From Pseudomonadota bacterium (GTDB lineage Bacteria; Pseudomonadota; Alphaproteobacteria; Rhodobacterales; Rhodobacteraceae): DNA of 64,000 nt. Position 1 is the first letter of the stretch. Every line of letters starts with the position of its first letter. The position numbers were made by a program, and so were the translations under genes. This document shows positions 19,644 through 30,200 of the stretch, piece after piece. Location of the stretch: assembly GCA_039822045.1 (NCBI GenBank), contig JBCBMY010000021.1, forward strand, positions 35,298 through 99,297, given 5' to 3'. The notes under the pieces are model-generated. The model saw nothing but the letters and a program-made list of their open reading frames with translations. It made no database searches and was not told the origin of the DNA.

Positions 19644-19779
19644 TCGCTTGCCTCCGTCTCTTCAGTTGGCGCTGGAAGCGACGTTGCGACAGACCGCTCG
19701 ACGTGTCAACAGACAGTGAAATTTCTTTCCTGTGGGGAAAATCAACAGGTGCTCGCGCCTGGACATCGGTTTCGAGATT

Positions 19780-20409
19780 TCACTCGGGAGGGGGCGTCAC
19801 GATTATGGACAGGTAGCGCGCGGGCAGTTCCGGCATCGCCTCGGGCCCGTGAGGGGCCAGAGCGTCGAGGAACAGCGCATCGCCGGGCCGCAGATCATAG
19901 CTGGTTTCGGCGTGGCGGTAGGTCACTCGGCCGGCCAGCATATAGATGAACTCGTGCCCCGGATGCTGGAAGCTCGTGTAGGGCTCGGCGTCCGCGTCGA
20001 GCGAAATCAGGTAGGGCTCGATCTGAACGGCGGACCGAAGGGCATGGCCGAGAAGTTCATAGACATGGCCGGCCCGGGTGCCGCGCCGATCGATCCGTAC
20101 ACCCCGTCCTGCCGGCACATGGCTCACATCGCGGCGGACACCGAAATCCTGGAAGAAGATCGAGATCGGGACGTTCAGCGTTTGGGCCAGGGCCTTGAGC
20201 GTGGAGAGCGAGGGCGAGGTTTGGCCGTTCTCGATCTTGCTGACCATCCCGACGGAGAGGTCGGTCGCGCGCGCCAAGTCGGATAGTGTGAAGCCGAGAC
20301 CCTGCCGCAAAGAACGGACCTTCTTGCCGATGGTTGCTTCCAGGCTTTCGGCCTGGGCGTGCGCCCCATCGGACCCGGCTCCAATAGTCGGACCGTCTTG
20401 ATCGGTCAT
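19780..20409 (-). CDS. XRE-family HTH plus cupin-domain transcriptional regulator
   Basis: The HTH is LRQGLGFTLSDLARATDLSVGMVSKIENG. A C-terminal cupin domain is present. It is immediately upstream of mgsA. Confidence 0.8.
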   Translation of the reverse strand: MTDQDGPTIGAGSDGAHAQAESLEATIGKKVRSLRQGLGFTLSDLARATDLSVGMVSKIENGQTSPSLSTLKALAQTLNVPISIFFQDFGVRRDVSHVPAGRGVRIDRRGTRAGHVYELLGHALRSAVQIEPYLISLDADAEPYTSFQHPGHEFIYMLAGRVTYRHAETSYDLRPGDALFLDALAPHGPEAMPELPARYLSIIVTPPPE

Positions 20410-20547
20410 CGCCGCGCCACACCGGACACGCGCGGCAGCCTGCGCTGCAGGCTCCCTTTGGGGTTCAAATTCGGGTTGGGCCGGTCCATCGCATTACTGT
20501 GGCGCTGGGTGGAGCGACAGGCAACCGGATCTCGGCGGCGCTACGGC

Positions 20548-20838
20548 CTATGGCTTTAGTTCAACCTCGACGAAGACAATGTCGGACGGGCCCCGGTTGG
20601 TCACATTGTGCGAGACACCGGCGCCTCGAAAGTACGATTGGCCGGAGGTGAGCGGGGCTTCCGTGACTGCACCGCCGGGGTCGTAGATTGTAAGCGTGCC
20701 GGCGATCACGGGCACGATCACGTAATCATACTCGTGCACATGGTGACCTGTTTCGCTGCCTGGTGGCAGACGCCATTGCGTGACCCGAACGCGATCATTG
20801 TCTTCCTGCAGACTGCTGGTGGCGGGCCCCAGTGTCAT
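20548..20838 (-). CDS. cupin domain protein (96 aa)
   Basis: The cupin motif GHHVHEYDYVIVPV...G is present. The ATG at 20838 overlaps the hyuA stop (ATGA). Confidence 0.6.
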   Translation of the reverse strand: MTLGPATSSLQEDNDRVRVTQWRLPPGSETGHHVHEYDYVIVPVIAGTLTIYDPGGAVTEAPLTSGQSYFRGAGVSHNVTNRGPSDIVFVEVELKP

Positions 20839-22922
20839 GGCGTCTCCCCCTGGGTTGATGTCAGCACATAGACGCCGGTTTCGTGCAACTCCGCCGTCCA
20901 TCCTTCGGTGAGGAGGATCGTCGTCGTTTCTTCCTCTATGACAGCGGGAGCGGTAACCCGGTCTCCGGCGCCGAGACGGTTGCCATCGTAGACCGTTGCC
21001 TGCGTCGGAGACCCGTCGGCCGAAAGAACGATGTTTCGGCGTTCCTTGACGGCTGCCTCAACGCCGTCTGAAGCCGGCAAGCTGATTTGCGCGGGCTTCT
21101 CGATCCGGCCATAGATCGCGCTTTCGACGTTCACAACCTCGACGGCGTTGTGCGGCTCCGCATAGGTGTAGAGCTCCTCATGGCGGGTGTGGAAGGCATT
21201 GCGGATTTCGCCGAGATTGGCCTCGTCGATCTCCATGTCGCCGATATCCACCGTGCATTCGTGGACCTGGCCGACATAGCGCATGTCGAGCGCGCGTTTG
21301 ATATCGATCCGGTCGCGCGAGAAGCCGTCCTCCGCAAGGTCCGAGATGCCGCGCTGCTCGATGTCGCCGAAGGTCCGCGCGAGAGCAGTGGCCGTTTCGG
21401 CACCTTCGAGGCGCGCCGGAAAGGGAGCCATGTAGTTGTACTTCACATCCGATATGATTTGACCGTACGCGCAAAGCCCAGAGGCCAGTTTTGGGATCAG
21501 GATCGTTTCGATCCCCATATCGCGCGCCAGCGCCGTGATATGCGCGCCGGTGGCCCCGCCGGCGCCGACGAGCACGAAGTCGCGAGGATCGTCGCCGCGC
21601 TCGACCGACACGCGGCGGATGCCGTTGACCATGTTGGCGTTGACGATGGTGTACATCCCAAATGCGGCCTGCTCGACGCTGAGGCCCAGCGGATCGGCGA
21701 CGTGGGTCTGGATTGCGCTGCGCGCTTTTTCCACATCGAGCGGCAGGCGGCCCCCGATCAAACCGCCGGGATTGAGGTAGCCCAGCACCAGGTTGGCGTC
21801 CGACACTGTCGGGCGCGCGCCGCCTTGCCCATAGCAGGCCGGGCCCGGATCGGCCCCCGCGCTTTCCGGGCCCATCTGCAAAAGGCCCATCTCGTCGATC
21901 CGGCCGATCGAGCCGCCGCCGGCGCCTAGTGTCTCCACCTGGATCATCGGCACGCCGAGGCGGTATCGTAGGAAGTCGATATTCTTGGCGATGTTGCTGA
22001 CGCCGTTCTTGGTGAGCGTGATGTCGAACGACGTACCGCCCATGTCGACCGTGATGATGTTGGTCTTCCCAAATGGCCCGGCGACGTGCAGGCCGGCCTG
22101 CGGCGCCGAGGCCGGGCCGGAATTGATAGCGTAGACCGAACGGTCCGACAGCACGTCGCCGACGGCCAGCCCGCCGTTCGACTGGAAGAACCGGACGGCG
22201 CTGCGCGCGCCGAGCTCCCGGAAGTACCCGTCGACCGCATCGACATAGGTGCGCAGGACGGGGCCGAGATAGGCGTTCACCACCGCGGTCGACGTGCGGG
22301 TGTACTCACGCACCTGGGGGTAGAGTTCCGATCCTAGGGTCAGGAGTGCATCGGGCATCATCTCGGCCACGATCTTTCCCGCACGCCGCTCATGATCGGG
22401 GTTGAGGACCGACCATACAAACGAGACGGCCACCGATTGCACGCCCTCCTCTAGGAACAGCTCGCAGGCGGCGCGCACGTCATCCTCGCTCATCGGCGTA
22501 CGGACGGCGCCGGTGGAGATCACACGCTCGCGGACGCCCCGGCGCAGATAGCGGTCGACCAGCATGGTGGCGGGCGGATAGTCGGCATCATAGCGATAGC
22601 CGTCTTCCTTGTGGCCCAGGCGAATTTCGAGGCTGTCTTCGTGACCCGCGGTGCAGATAAGGCCCGTCGGCGCGCCCTTGTGCTGGATCAGCGCGTTCAA
22701 AGCGACCGTCGTGCCGTTGATGCAGAGATCGGCGTTGGAGACCAGATCCTCCGGGCTCACGCCGGTTGCCTCGGCCATCTGGGCTAGCCCGTTCCGGATC
22801 GCCTGCGTCGGGTCTTCCGGCGTGGACAGTGCCTTGAAGAGAGACACGGGGCCGTTGTCTTCGGCCAGTACGAAATCGGTGAAAGTGCCGCCGGCATCGA
22901 TGCCGAGCCTGTACTTTGCCAT
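20835..22922 (-). CDS. hyuA: hydantoinase/oxoprolinase A family (HyuA; N-methylhydantoinase A / acetone carboxylase beta-like)
   Basis: MAKYRLGIDAGGTFTDFV is the Hydant_A N-terminus. It is followed by the hydantoinase-A core, 695 aa in total. Confidence 0.85.
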   Translation of the reverse strand: MAKYRLGIDAGGTFTDFVLAEDNGPVSLFKALSTPEDPTQAIRNGLAQMAEATGVSPEDLVSNADLCINGTTVALNALIQHKGAPTGLICTAGHEDSLEIRLGHKEDGYRYDADYPPATMLVDRYLRRGVRERVISTGAVRTPMSEDDVRAACELFLEEGVQSVAVSFVWSVLNPDHERRAGKIVAEMMPDALLTLGSELYPQVREYTRTSTAVVNAYLGPVLRTYVDAVDGYFRELGARSAVRFFQSNGGLAVGDVLSDRSVYAINSGPASAPQAGLHVAGPFGKTNIITVDMGGTSFDITLTKNGVSNIAKNIDFLRYRLGVPMIQVETLGAGGGSIGRIDEMGLLQMGPESAGADPGPACYGQGGARPTVSDANLVLGYLNPGGLIGGRLPLDVEKARSAIQTHVADPLGLSVEQAAFGMYTIVNANMVNGIRRVSVERGDDPRDFVLVGAGGATGAHITALARDMGIETILIPKLASGLCAYGQIISDVKYNYMAPFPARLEGAETATALARTFGDIEQRGISDLAEDGFSRDRIDIKRALDMRYVGQVHECTVDIGDMEIDEANLGEIRNAFHTRHEELYTYAEPHNAVEVVNVESAIYGRIEKPAQISLPASDGVEAAVKERRNIVLSADGSPTQATVYDGNRLGAGDRVTAPAVIEEETTTILLTEGWTAELHETGVYVLTSTQGETP

Positions 22923-22938
22923 CGTGGATCCCTCGCCT

Positions 22939-24699
22939 TCAGGCCGCGCCGGCGCGCTGGCGTGCGGCAGCCGTTGCAGCCTCGTCGACCGCGAGTGTAT
23001 CGGGATCACCGATCACGACGCCGTAGTCGGACTTCGCTCCAGCAATCGATACCAACCCGTTGCGGACATCCGAAACGACCTTGTCGATGTCGCGCTCGAA
23101 GGGATCGCCGAAGCCCCCGCCGCCCGGGTTCATGTTGGCGGCACGGTCGCCGGGCCGGATCGTCTCGATCACGTTCTGCTTGATCGTCTGGGTCTCGCCG
23201 CTGCGGGTGATCTCGAGGCGACCGACTTTCGGTTCGACCAGCGTGGACTCGGCCCCCCGGGCCCCTTTGGCCGGAATGCGGCGACCCTCGCCGAAGGTGA
23301 TGAACGTCATGTCGCTGTCGAGCGGCTCGACCTCCCAGCAAGTGCCGGAGCCACCGCGGAACTTACCGGCCCCCCCGGAATCGGTCATCAGAGAATAGCG
23401 GTGAATGATGATCGGGTAGGAATGCTCCAGAAGTTCGATATCGCCCGAGGTCAGCGCGCCGAAACAGCATTCCGGGCCGACCGCATGCCACCCGTCCTGG
23501 CTGTGGGTCGCGCCGGCACCTGAGATGATGGAGGCGAGAACCATCGTTACGTATTCCTCGTCGTGCCGATTGTCCCAACCGGCGATGTTGCAGCCGTTGG
23601 CGTGCCCCCAACTGGCCGACACGCGGTCCGGCGCCGCTTTCTCGAAGGCGAGGCGCACGGCGTCGGTCAGCGTCTCCATCGGCGTTGTCGTGCAATTGGC
23701 ATGCGGCGCGGGCGGCTTGGCGTTACAGAGCGTGCCCTTGGGCCCCATATCGACGGTCACACAGCGATAGAGCCCCTCATTGTAGGGGGGCGGAAGCTGC
23801 GCAAACATCATCAGCCCAAGATACACGCCCGAATAGCTGTTCCCCTCATAGGAATTGATGAAGTACGGGATCTGCGGCGGGCTATCTATGGCGATGTGGC
23901 AGGTGTCATCCTTGATGTCGACGGTGGCGGTGATCTCGAAGTCGCCGAACCCGTGCCCGGCATCTTCGAGCACGGCGAGGCCGCTATAGGTGCCGTTGGG
24001 CACGTCGCGGATCAGCGAGCGCATATGCTTGTCGGCCATGTCCATCAGCACATCGATGCACGCCTTGACCTCGTCCACGCCGTATTTGTCGAGCAGCGCG
24101 ATGAGGTTGCGGGCGCCGACCTGACAGGCGCCGATCAGCGCATTGAAATCGCCTTCCTGATCGCGGCGCGCGCGCATGTTGGTCAGCAGCATGTTGAGGA
24201 TATCGTTGCGGGGCTTGCCTTCGTCCCAGATCTTGATCGGCGGGATGCGCAGCCCTTCGGCATAGATCTCCTTGGCATCGGGATTATAGCCGGCCGGGAC
24301 CGGGCCTCCGATATCGGTCAGGTGCCCCTTGCAGACGGTCCAGAAGACCAGCTCCCCTTCGTAGAACACCGGCCAGTACATGCAGGTGTCGATAACGTGG
24401 CTGCCGGCATAGTCGGGGTCGTTGTGCAGGATCAGGTCGCCCTCGCGCACGTCGCCCTCGAAGTAGGTCCAGACCGCCTTCATCGCCGGGATCAGGCTGC
24501 CGAGATGGATCGGGATATCTTGCCCCTGCAGGATCATCTCGGGCGTCGCGTTGAAGAGCGCGGTCGAATAGTCGTGCGCGAGGTTGAACACGCTCGATCG
24601 TGCCGTCTTCTCCAGGGACACGGTCATCTCGCGTTGGGTGGTTTCGAGGACGCCGCGCACGACGCTCAAAGTGATCGGGTCCACGTCCTTCAATGTCAT
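22939..24699 (-). CDS. hyuB: hydantoinase B/oxoprolinase family (HyuB)
   Basis: MTLKDVDPITLSVVRGVLE... is a Hydantoinase_B N-terminus. 586 aa, located upstream of hyuA. Confidence 0.85.
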   Translation of the reverse strand: MTLKDVDPITLSVVRGVLETTQREMTVSLEKTARSSVFNLAHDYSTALFNATPEMILQGQDIPIHLGSLIPAMKAVWTYFEGDVREGDLILHNDPDYAGSHVIDTCMYWPVFYEGELVFWTVCKGHLTDIGGPVPAGYNPDAKEIYAEGLRIPPIKIWDEGKPRNDILNMLLTNMRARRDQEGDFNALIGACQVGARNLIALLDKYGVDEVKACIDVLMDMADKHMRSLIRDVPNGTYSGLAVLEDAGHGFGDFEITATVDIKDDTCHIAIDSPPQIPYFINSYEGNSYSGVYLGLMMFAQLPPPYNEGLYRCVTVDMGPKGTLCNAKPPAPHANCTTTPMETLTDAVRLAFEKAAPDRVSASWGHANGCNIAGWDNRHDEEYVTMVLASIISGAGATHSQDGWHAVGPECCFGALTSGDIELLEHSYPIIIHRYSLMTDSGGAGKFRGGSGTCWEVEPLDSDMTFITFGEGRRIPAKGARGAESTLVEPKVGRLEITRSGETQTIKQNVIETIRPGDRAANMNPGGGGFGDPFERDIDKVVSDVRNGLVSIAGAKSDYGVVIGDPDTLAVDEAATAAARQRAGAA

Positions 24700-24799
24700 C
24701 TGAGCTGATCCCCCCGGGCTCGCAATATGTCGAATCGGTTCACCATAGACCGGCGTCCTGCCCATACGTCAGGGAAAGTTTGTAATGGCCGGCGGGGCG

Positions 24800-25723
24800 T
24801 CAGGCCGGGCGGGACAGGGCAACGGAACTCTGAGGGGCGCCAAAAAGGCTGCGGAAATAGTAGCGGAACGCGTTCATGACGGGGGAGAACTCGTTGTTGC
24901 GGCACCAGACAAGCCCGACCTCCATCGCCGGAATTGGCTCGCGGAGGTCGGCCACTTCGATGCGGCGCCCTTCTAGCGACCAGGGCCGATAGACCATGTC
25001 GGACAGGATCGAGACGCCCTGACCATTTGCAACGATGCTGCGCACGGCTTCGATCGACGAGGTGCGCAGCAACACGTTGGGCTGGAGCGACGTGGGCGCC
25101 CAATACCGCATCGCCGTGTGGGCTGCTTCGTCGACGGTGAGCATGACATACGGTTCGCGCGCGACATCGGCGAGGCCGAGCGTTTCGCGCTCCAGAAGCG
25201 GGTGGCGCGAGGGGAGCCACAGCCGGCGGGGGGAGCTGAGCAGCGTCTCCTTCGCGATGGCATGGTTCGATATGTTGGATGTCAGCGCGACACCGATATC
25301 GATCTGCCCGTCGAGCAGGGCGTCCTCCAGGGCTTGCCGGGTCATCTCCCGGACGCGCAGCGTGACCTCGGGCATCACTCGGCTCAGCCGGTCGAGATGT
25401 ACCGGAAGAAAGTAGCCGATGACGGTGTACGAGGCCGCGAGCCGCAACTCTCCGGTCAAGGCGACGGTATCGGCGGCCTGGAGGGACTCTTCGACCTTTG
25501 CCACGATCTCGTAGCCCGACGCGAGAAAGCGCCGCCCTGCCTCGGTGAGCGCCATGCCGTGCGACGAGCGGGTGAAGAGCTGAGTCCCAAGTGTTGCCTC
25601 CAGCTCGCGGATCGCGGCCGTGACGGCGGATTGGGACACCGACAGTTCAATCGCCGCGCGGCTGACTTGGCCGAGCTCTGCGGTGGCAATGAAGTATCTC
25701 AGGTGTCTGAGATTGTAGGACAT
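24800..25723 (-). CDS. LysR-family transcriptional regulator
   Basis: [24 protein letters not shown] is a LysR HTH, followed by a substrate-binding domain. It is divergent from the LamB/YcsF operon across a 125-bp intergenic region. Confidence 0.85.
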   Translation of the reverse strand: MSYNLRHLRYFIATAELGQVSRAAIELSVSQSAVTAAIRELEATLGTQLFTRSSHGMALTEAGRRFLASGYEIVAKVEESLQAADTVALTGELRLAASYTVIGYFLPVHLDRLSRVMPEVTLRVREMTRQALEDALLDGQIDIGVALTSNISNHAIAKETLLSSPRRLWLPSRHPLLERETLGLADVAREPYVMLTVDEAAHTAMRYWAPTSLQPNVLLRTSSIEAVRSIVANGQGVSILSDMVYRPWSLEGRRIEVADLREPIPAMEVGLVWCRNNEFSPVMNAFRYYFRSLFGAPQSSVALSRPA

Positions 25724-25848
25724 GTGCGGACCTTCGCGGCAGGCAGCGGCTCCTATCAGTTTTTCAGATATCTCAGCCGCAGAAAAAAGAACTTCTGCTG
25801 AGTGCGAATTCGCCGCACCCTTTGCCAGCACAACGGGGTGGACATGCT

Positions 25849-26628
25849 ATGTACCGGTCGACGGTGGATCTCAACTGCGACATGGGCGAAGGCTTTGGCC
25901 ATTGGGCGTATGGTGATGCCCCCGACAGTGCCCTGATGCCCCTGATCAGCTCGGCCAACGTCGCGACGGGATACCATGCCGGCGACCCTAACCAGATGGA
26001 CGCCGTCGCCCAAATGGCCGCAGAGCACGGCGTCGGCCTTGGGGCGCATCCGGGATACCATGACCTGCAGGGGTTTGGTCGACGTACGATTGCCGCCAAG
26101 CCGGAAGAGCTGGTGAACGATATCCTTTACCAGACGGGGGCGCTGCGTGAGTTCGGGCGGCGCCACGGCGTGGCGCTGCAACATGTGAAACCGCATGGCG
26201 CGCTCTACATGACGGCTGCGAAGGATCCGGAGTTGTCCCGCCAGCTGATCGAGGCGCTCCACAAAACCGGCCCCGACTTGTTCATTTTCTGCATGTCGAT
26301 TTCCGAGACGTACCGGATCGCCAAAGAGTCCGGTCAGCCGACGGTGCGAGAATTCTATGCCGACCGCGATTACGACGCGTCTGGCTCCATTGTCTTTGCC
26401 CGAAAGATGCGCCCGCTCGAGCCGCAGGAGGTGGCAGAGAAGTGCGTGCGGGCGTGCCAGGAGGGCATGGTGCGCACCGTCGACGGCGAGGACATCAAGA
26501 TCCCGTTCGAGTCGATCTGCTTTCACTCGGACACGCCCGGCGCGCTTCAGATCGGCACTGCAATCCGTGAGGCGCTGCTGGCCAGTGGCGTCACCATCGC
26601 ACCGCCAAGCCACGGCGGCCCAACCTGA
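25849..26628 (+). CDS. pxpA: LamB/YcsF family protein (5-oxoprolinase subunit A-like, PxpA)
   Basis: [17 protein letters not shown]..., with N.DMGE being the family signature. The ATG at 25849 was chosen over the TTG start given in the track. Confidence 0.85.
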   Translation: MYRSTVDLNCDMGEGFGHWAYGDAPDSALMPLISSANVATGYHAGDPNQMDAVAQMAAEHGVGLGAHPGYHDLQGFGRRTIAAKPEELVNDILYQTGALREFGRRHGVALQHVKPHGALYMTAAKDPELSRQLIEALHKTGPDLFIFCMSISETYRIAKESGQPTVREFYADRDYDASGSIVFARKMRPLEPQEVAEKCVRACQEGMVRTVDGEDIKIPFESICFHSDTPGALQIGTAIREALLASGVTIAPPSHGGPT

Positions 26629-26713
26629 CGCGGCGCGCAGTCCGGCGCCTCGACCGCCACGCAACGCCCGGTGCCTCCGCGCAGGCCCAAATGCACAATG
26701 AAGGAATGCAGCT

Positions 26714-26950
26714 TTGGCAAAACAAATACAGTCTCCACTTCCGGGCACCTTCTATCGCAAGCCGGCCCCGGACCAACCGCCCTTTGTTGAGGATGGCGCG
26801 AGCGTGGCGGTCGGCGACGCGATTGGCCTCGTGGAAGTGATGAAGACCTTCCACGAGGTGAAGGCCGAGGTCGCGGGCGAAAATGTGCGCTTCAAGGTGG
26901 CCAACGAAGAGCCGGTGATGGCGGGCGCCGTGCTGGCCGAACTCGACTGA
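26714..26950 (+). CDS. biotin/lipoyl-attachment (BCCP-like) small protein, 78 aa
   Basis: A TTG start is preceded by the RBS AAGGAA. The biotinyl-domain core is GLVEVMKTFHEV, with Lys in an EVMK context. It has the hammerhead layout of AccB C-terminal domains. Confidence 0.65.
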   Translation: MAKQIQSPLPGTFYRKPAPDQPPFVEDGASVAVGDAIGLVEVMKTFHEVKAEVAGENVRFKVANEEPVMAGAVLAELD

Positions 26951-26953
26951 CCG

Positions 26954-28318
26954 ATGTCTCCCTCCGGCAAGACCCTTTTCATCGCCAATCGCGGCGAGAT
27001 CGCCGTTCGGATCAACCGGGCGGCGCGCGACCTGGGGATGCGGGTGGTGCAGGCGCATTCCGACGCCGACACGGACATGCTGGCGGTGCGGTTGGCCGAC
27101 GAGGCGGTGAATGTCGGGCCCCCAGCCGCCACCAAGTCCTACCTCGATATCGAGCGGGTGGTCGAGGCGGCGCGTGTGTCGGGGGCCGACGCCGTTCACC
27201 CGGGATATGGATTTTTGGCCGAGAATGCTGGCTTTGCCGAGGCGGTCGAGGCGGCTGGGATGATCTTTGTCGGGCCGCAAGCGGCCACCATTGCGCGCAT
27301 GGGCGACAAGGTGGCGGCGCGAGACGCGGCAATCGCGGCGGGCGTGCCCATTGCGCCGGGCAGCGATGGCGCCCTGGACGGGCTCGACGAAGCCCGGGCC
27401 GTTGCCGCGCGCATTGGGTATCCGGTGATGATCAAGGCGGCCGCGGGCGGCGGCGGGCGGGGCATCCGGGTGGCCGAGACCGATGACGATATGGCCCGTC
27501 TGATCCCGCAGGCTCAGACCGAGGCCGCCGCGGCCTTTGGTGATGGCAGCCTCTATCTGGAACGGATGGTCACCAACGCGCGCCATGTTGAGGTTCAGAT
27601 TCTCGGCGACGGCACCCGCGCCATCCACCTTTTCGAACGCGAGTGCTCGCTGCAGCGGCGCCGCCAGAAAGTCTGGGAGGAGGCCCCGGCGGCCTGCCTG
27701 AGCGACGCAGCACGCGCCCACGTCTGCGCGGCCTCGGTGCGCCTGGCGGAGGCGGTTGGCTATCGCGGCGCAGGGACGCTGGAGTTTCTCTACGAGCCCG
27801 CGCGCGACGCCTTCTACTTCATGGAGATGAACACACGCATTCAGGTGGAGCACCCGGTGACCGAGATGATCACCGGAATCGACCTGATGCACGAGATGAT
27901 CCACGTGGCATTCGGGGCGCCCCTGCGCCTGACCCAAGACGACATTGCCATGTCGGGTCATGCGATCGAGGTGCGCGTGAATGCCGAAGACCCGTCCAAT
28001 GGGTTCATGCCGTTTCCGGGCGTGGTCGGCGCGATGCACGTGCCGTCGGGCATCCGCTTTGATACGATGCTCTACGAGGGCTATGCGATCCCGCCCTTCT
28101 ACGACTCTCTTCTGGGGAAGCTGATCGTTCACGGCACCGACCGCTCGGACGCGCTGGCGCGTCTTGGAACCGCTCTGTCCGAGATCCGCCTTGAGGGGCT
28201 GAAGACAACTCTGCCGCTCTTTCGGGTGCTGTCGGAGGAAGCGGCCGTTCGCGACGACGCGCTGAGCACGGCCTTTCTGGAGCGCTGGCTTGAAACCAAC
28301 ACCATCCCGCCCGGCTGA
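26954..28318 (+). CDS. accC: biotin carboxylase (AccC-like ATP-grasp)
   Basis: The pattern IANRGEIAVRI..., the ATP-grasp and biotin-carboxylase C-terminal domains, and the EMNTRIQVEHPVTE motif are present. Confidence 0.9.
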   Translation: MSPSGKTLFIANRGEIAVRINRAARDLGMRVVQAHSDADTDMLAVRLADEAVNVGPPAATKSYLDIERVVEAARVSGADAVHPGYGFLAENAGFAEAVEAAGMIFVGPQAATIARMGDKVAARDAAIAAGVPIAPGSDGALDGLDEARAVAARIGYPVMIKAAAGGGGRGIRVAETDDDMARLIPQAQTEAAAAFGDGSLYLERMVTNARHVEVQILGDGTRAIHLFERECSLQRRRQKVWEEAPAACLSDAARAHVCAASVRLAEAVGYRGAGTLEFLYEPARDAFYFMEMNTRIQVEHPVTEMITGIDLMHEMIHVAFGAPLRLTQDDIAMSGHAIEVRVNAEDPSNGFMPFPGVVGAMHVPSGIRFDTMLYEGYAIPPFYDSLLGKLIVHGTDRSDALARLGTALSEIRLEGLKTTLPLFRVLSEEAAVRDDALSTAFLERWLETNTIPPG

Positions 28319-28363
28319 TCGCGGCAGGAGAAGGCCGCGGGCGCGGCAAGGAGGCGAGACACG

Positions 28364-29239
28364 ATGAAGACCAGGTACTCATTCGGGGGCGACGAACATA
28401 TCTTCGTCGAGGTCGACGAGGAAATGTCGCTCGACGCGTTCTTCAAGAGCCTGTCGATGACCAACGCTGTCCGCGATAGCCAGATCAAGGGCGTGACCGA
28501 GATCTGCCCGGCAAACGCCTCGTTCCAGATCAAGTTCGACCCCGATCAGATCAGCCCGGACGACATGCTGGCCGAGCTGAAAAAGCTCGAAGGCGCTGCG
28601 GAATCGGCCGAAAAGCGCATTCCGTCCCGGATCATTGAGATCCCGGTCTATTACAACGACCCGTGGACACATGAGACGCTGATGCGCTTCCGCGAACGGC
28701 ACCAGGATCCGTCGGGCACCGACCTGGAATATGCCGCCCGGATCAATGGCTTCGACACGGCCGAGGCCTTCATCACCGCGCACCATTCGAACCCGTGGTT
28801 CGTTTCGATGGTCGGCTTCGTCTCGGGCCTTCCGTTCCTCTATCAATTGGTGGATCGCCCGCGTCAGCTTGAGGTGCCGAAGTACCTGCGCCCGCGCACG
28901 GACACGCCGAAGCTGACCGTGGGCTATGGCGGCTGTTTCTCGTGCATCTACTCAGTCCGCGGCGCGGGCGGCTATCAGATGTTCGGGATCACGCCGATGC
29001 CGATCTACGACCCCGAGCAGAAGGTGAGCTATCTCACCGACTTCATGGTGCTTTTCAATCCAGGCGACATCGTGAAGTGGGCGCCGATTGACCGCGAGGA
29101 GCATGATGCGATCGCGGCCTCGGTCGAGGCCGGCACCTACAGGCCCAAGATCGTCGATGTCGAGTTCGATCTCGATGCGTGGAACGCCGATATCGACGGC
29201 ACGAACGCCAAGCTGATGGAGGCTCTCAATGGGCGTTAA
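28364..29239 (+). CDS. pxpB: KipI / allophanate hydrolase subunit 1 / 5-oxoprolinase subunit B family
   Basis: A cyclophilin-like AHS1 domain with conserved spacing. It overlaps pxpC by 11 nt. Confidence 0.75.
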   Translation: MKTRYSFGGDEHIFVEVDEEMSLDAFFKSLSMTNAVRDSQIKGVTEICPANASFQIKFDPDQISPDDMLAELKKLEGAAESAEKRIPSRIIEIPVYYNDPWTHETLMRFRERHQDPSGTDLEYAARINGFDTAEAFITAHHSNPWFVSMVGFVSGLPFLYQLVDRPRQLEVPKYLRPRTDTPKLTVGYGGCFSCIYSVRGAGGYQMFGITPMPIYDPEQKVSYLTDFMVLFNPGDIVKWAPIDREEHDAIAASVEAGTYRPKIVDVEFDLDAWNADIDGTNAKLMEALNGR

Positions 29240-30200
29240 GGTCATCAAGCCCGGTCTGCTGACGACCATTCAGGACCTGGGCCGCCCGGGATATTTCCAC
29301 CTTGGCATCCCGATCGGCGGGGCGATGGACCGGCTTGCCCTGCGCGCGGCCAACCTTCTGGTGGGCAATGACGAGGGCGCGGCAGGTCTTGAAGCCGTGT
29401 TCATGGGGCCGGAGCTGGACTTCACCCAGGATGCCGTGATCGCCGTAACCGGGGCCGATATGCCCATCCTGATCGACGGGGATGAGCAGCCGGGATGGAC
29501 CGCGCTCCAGATCAAGGCCGGCCAGACTCTGTCATTTGGGTATCTCAAGACCGGCGCGCGCGCCTACATCGCGATTTCGGGCGGCATCGATACGCCATTG
29601 GCGCTTGGGTCGCGTTCGACCTATGCGATCGGCGCGCTCGGCGGTGTCGGGGGCCGGGCCATCGCTGCGGACGACACGCTTCCCGTCGGCGACGCCGGCG
29701 CGGCCAAGATCGGCGCGAGCGTACCAGAGGCGCTGCGGGGCGGGCCGGGTAGCCCGGCGGAGCTGCGGGTCCTTCCCGGTCTCTATTGGCACCGCATCAC
29801 CGAGACGGCTCAGAAGAACTTCTTCGATGACGAGTGGGCGGTTGCGCCTGAGGCGGATCGCATGGGCTATCGCTTTCGCAACGGACGGCCGCTGGAGTTC
29901 GTGGAGCGAGAGCAGCCGTTCGGTGCGGGTTCGGACCCGTCGAACATCGTCGACGGATGCTATCCCTATGGCTCGATCCAAGTGCCCGGCGGCACCGAGC
30001 CGATCGTTCTGCACCGCGATGCGGTGTCGGGTGGCGGCTACTTCATGATCGGCACGGTCATCTCGGCCGATATGGACCTGATCGGGCAATTGCAGCCGCA
30101 CATGCCGGTGAAGTTCATTGAGGTCGATATGGACACCGCCTTGACGGCCCGCGCCGACCGGACAGCGGGGCTGCAGAGCATCCGAGCGTCTCTCGAATGA
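29229..30200 (+). CDS. pxpC: KipA / allophanate hydrolase subunit 2 / 5-oxoprolinase subunit C family
   Basis: An AHS2 domain (GPGSPAELRVLPG, MGYRF..G). Its stop overlaps the next start (ATGA). Confidence 0.75.
   Translation: MGVKVIKPGLLTTIQDLGRPGYFHLGIPIGGAMDRLALRAANLLVGNDEGAAGLEAVFMGPELDFTQDAVIAVTGADMPILIDGDEQPGWTALQIKAGQTLSFGYLKTGARAYIAISGGIDTPLALGSRSTYAIGALGGVGGRAIAADDTLPVGDAGAAKIGASVPEALRGGPGSPAELRVLPGLYWHRITETAQKNFFDDEWAVAPEADRMGYRFRNGRPLEFVEREQPFGAGSDPSNIVDGCYPYGSIQVPGGTEPIVLHRDAVSGGGYFMIGTVISADMDLIGQLQPHMPVKFIEVDMDTALTARADRTAGLQSIRASLE

Noticed and set aside
26706-26950. An alternative ATG at 26706 considered as the start for the biotinyl-domain gene.
   Set aside because: It is out of frame with the biotinyl-domain ORF. 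The in-frame TTG at 26714 has an AAGGAA RBS at proper spacing.
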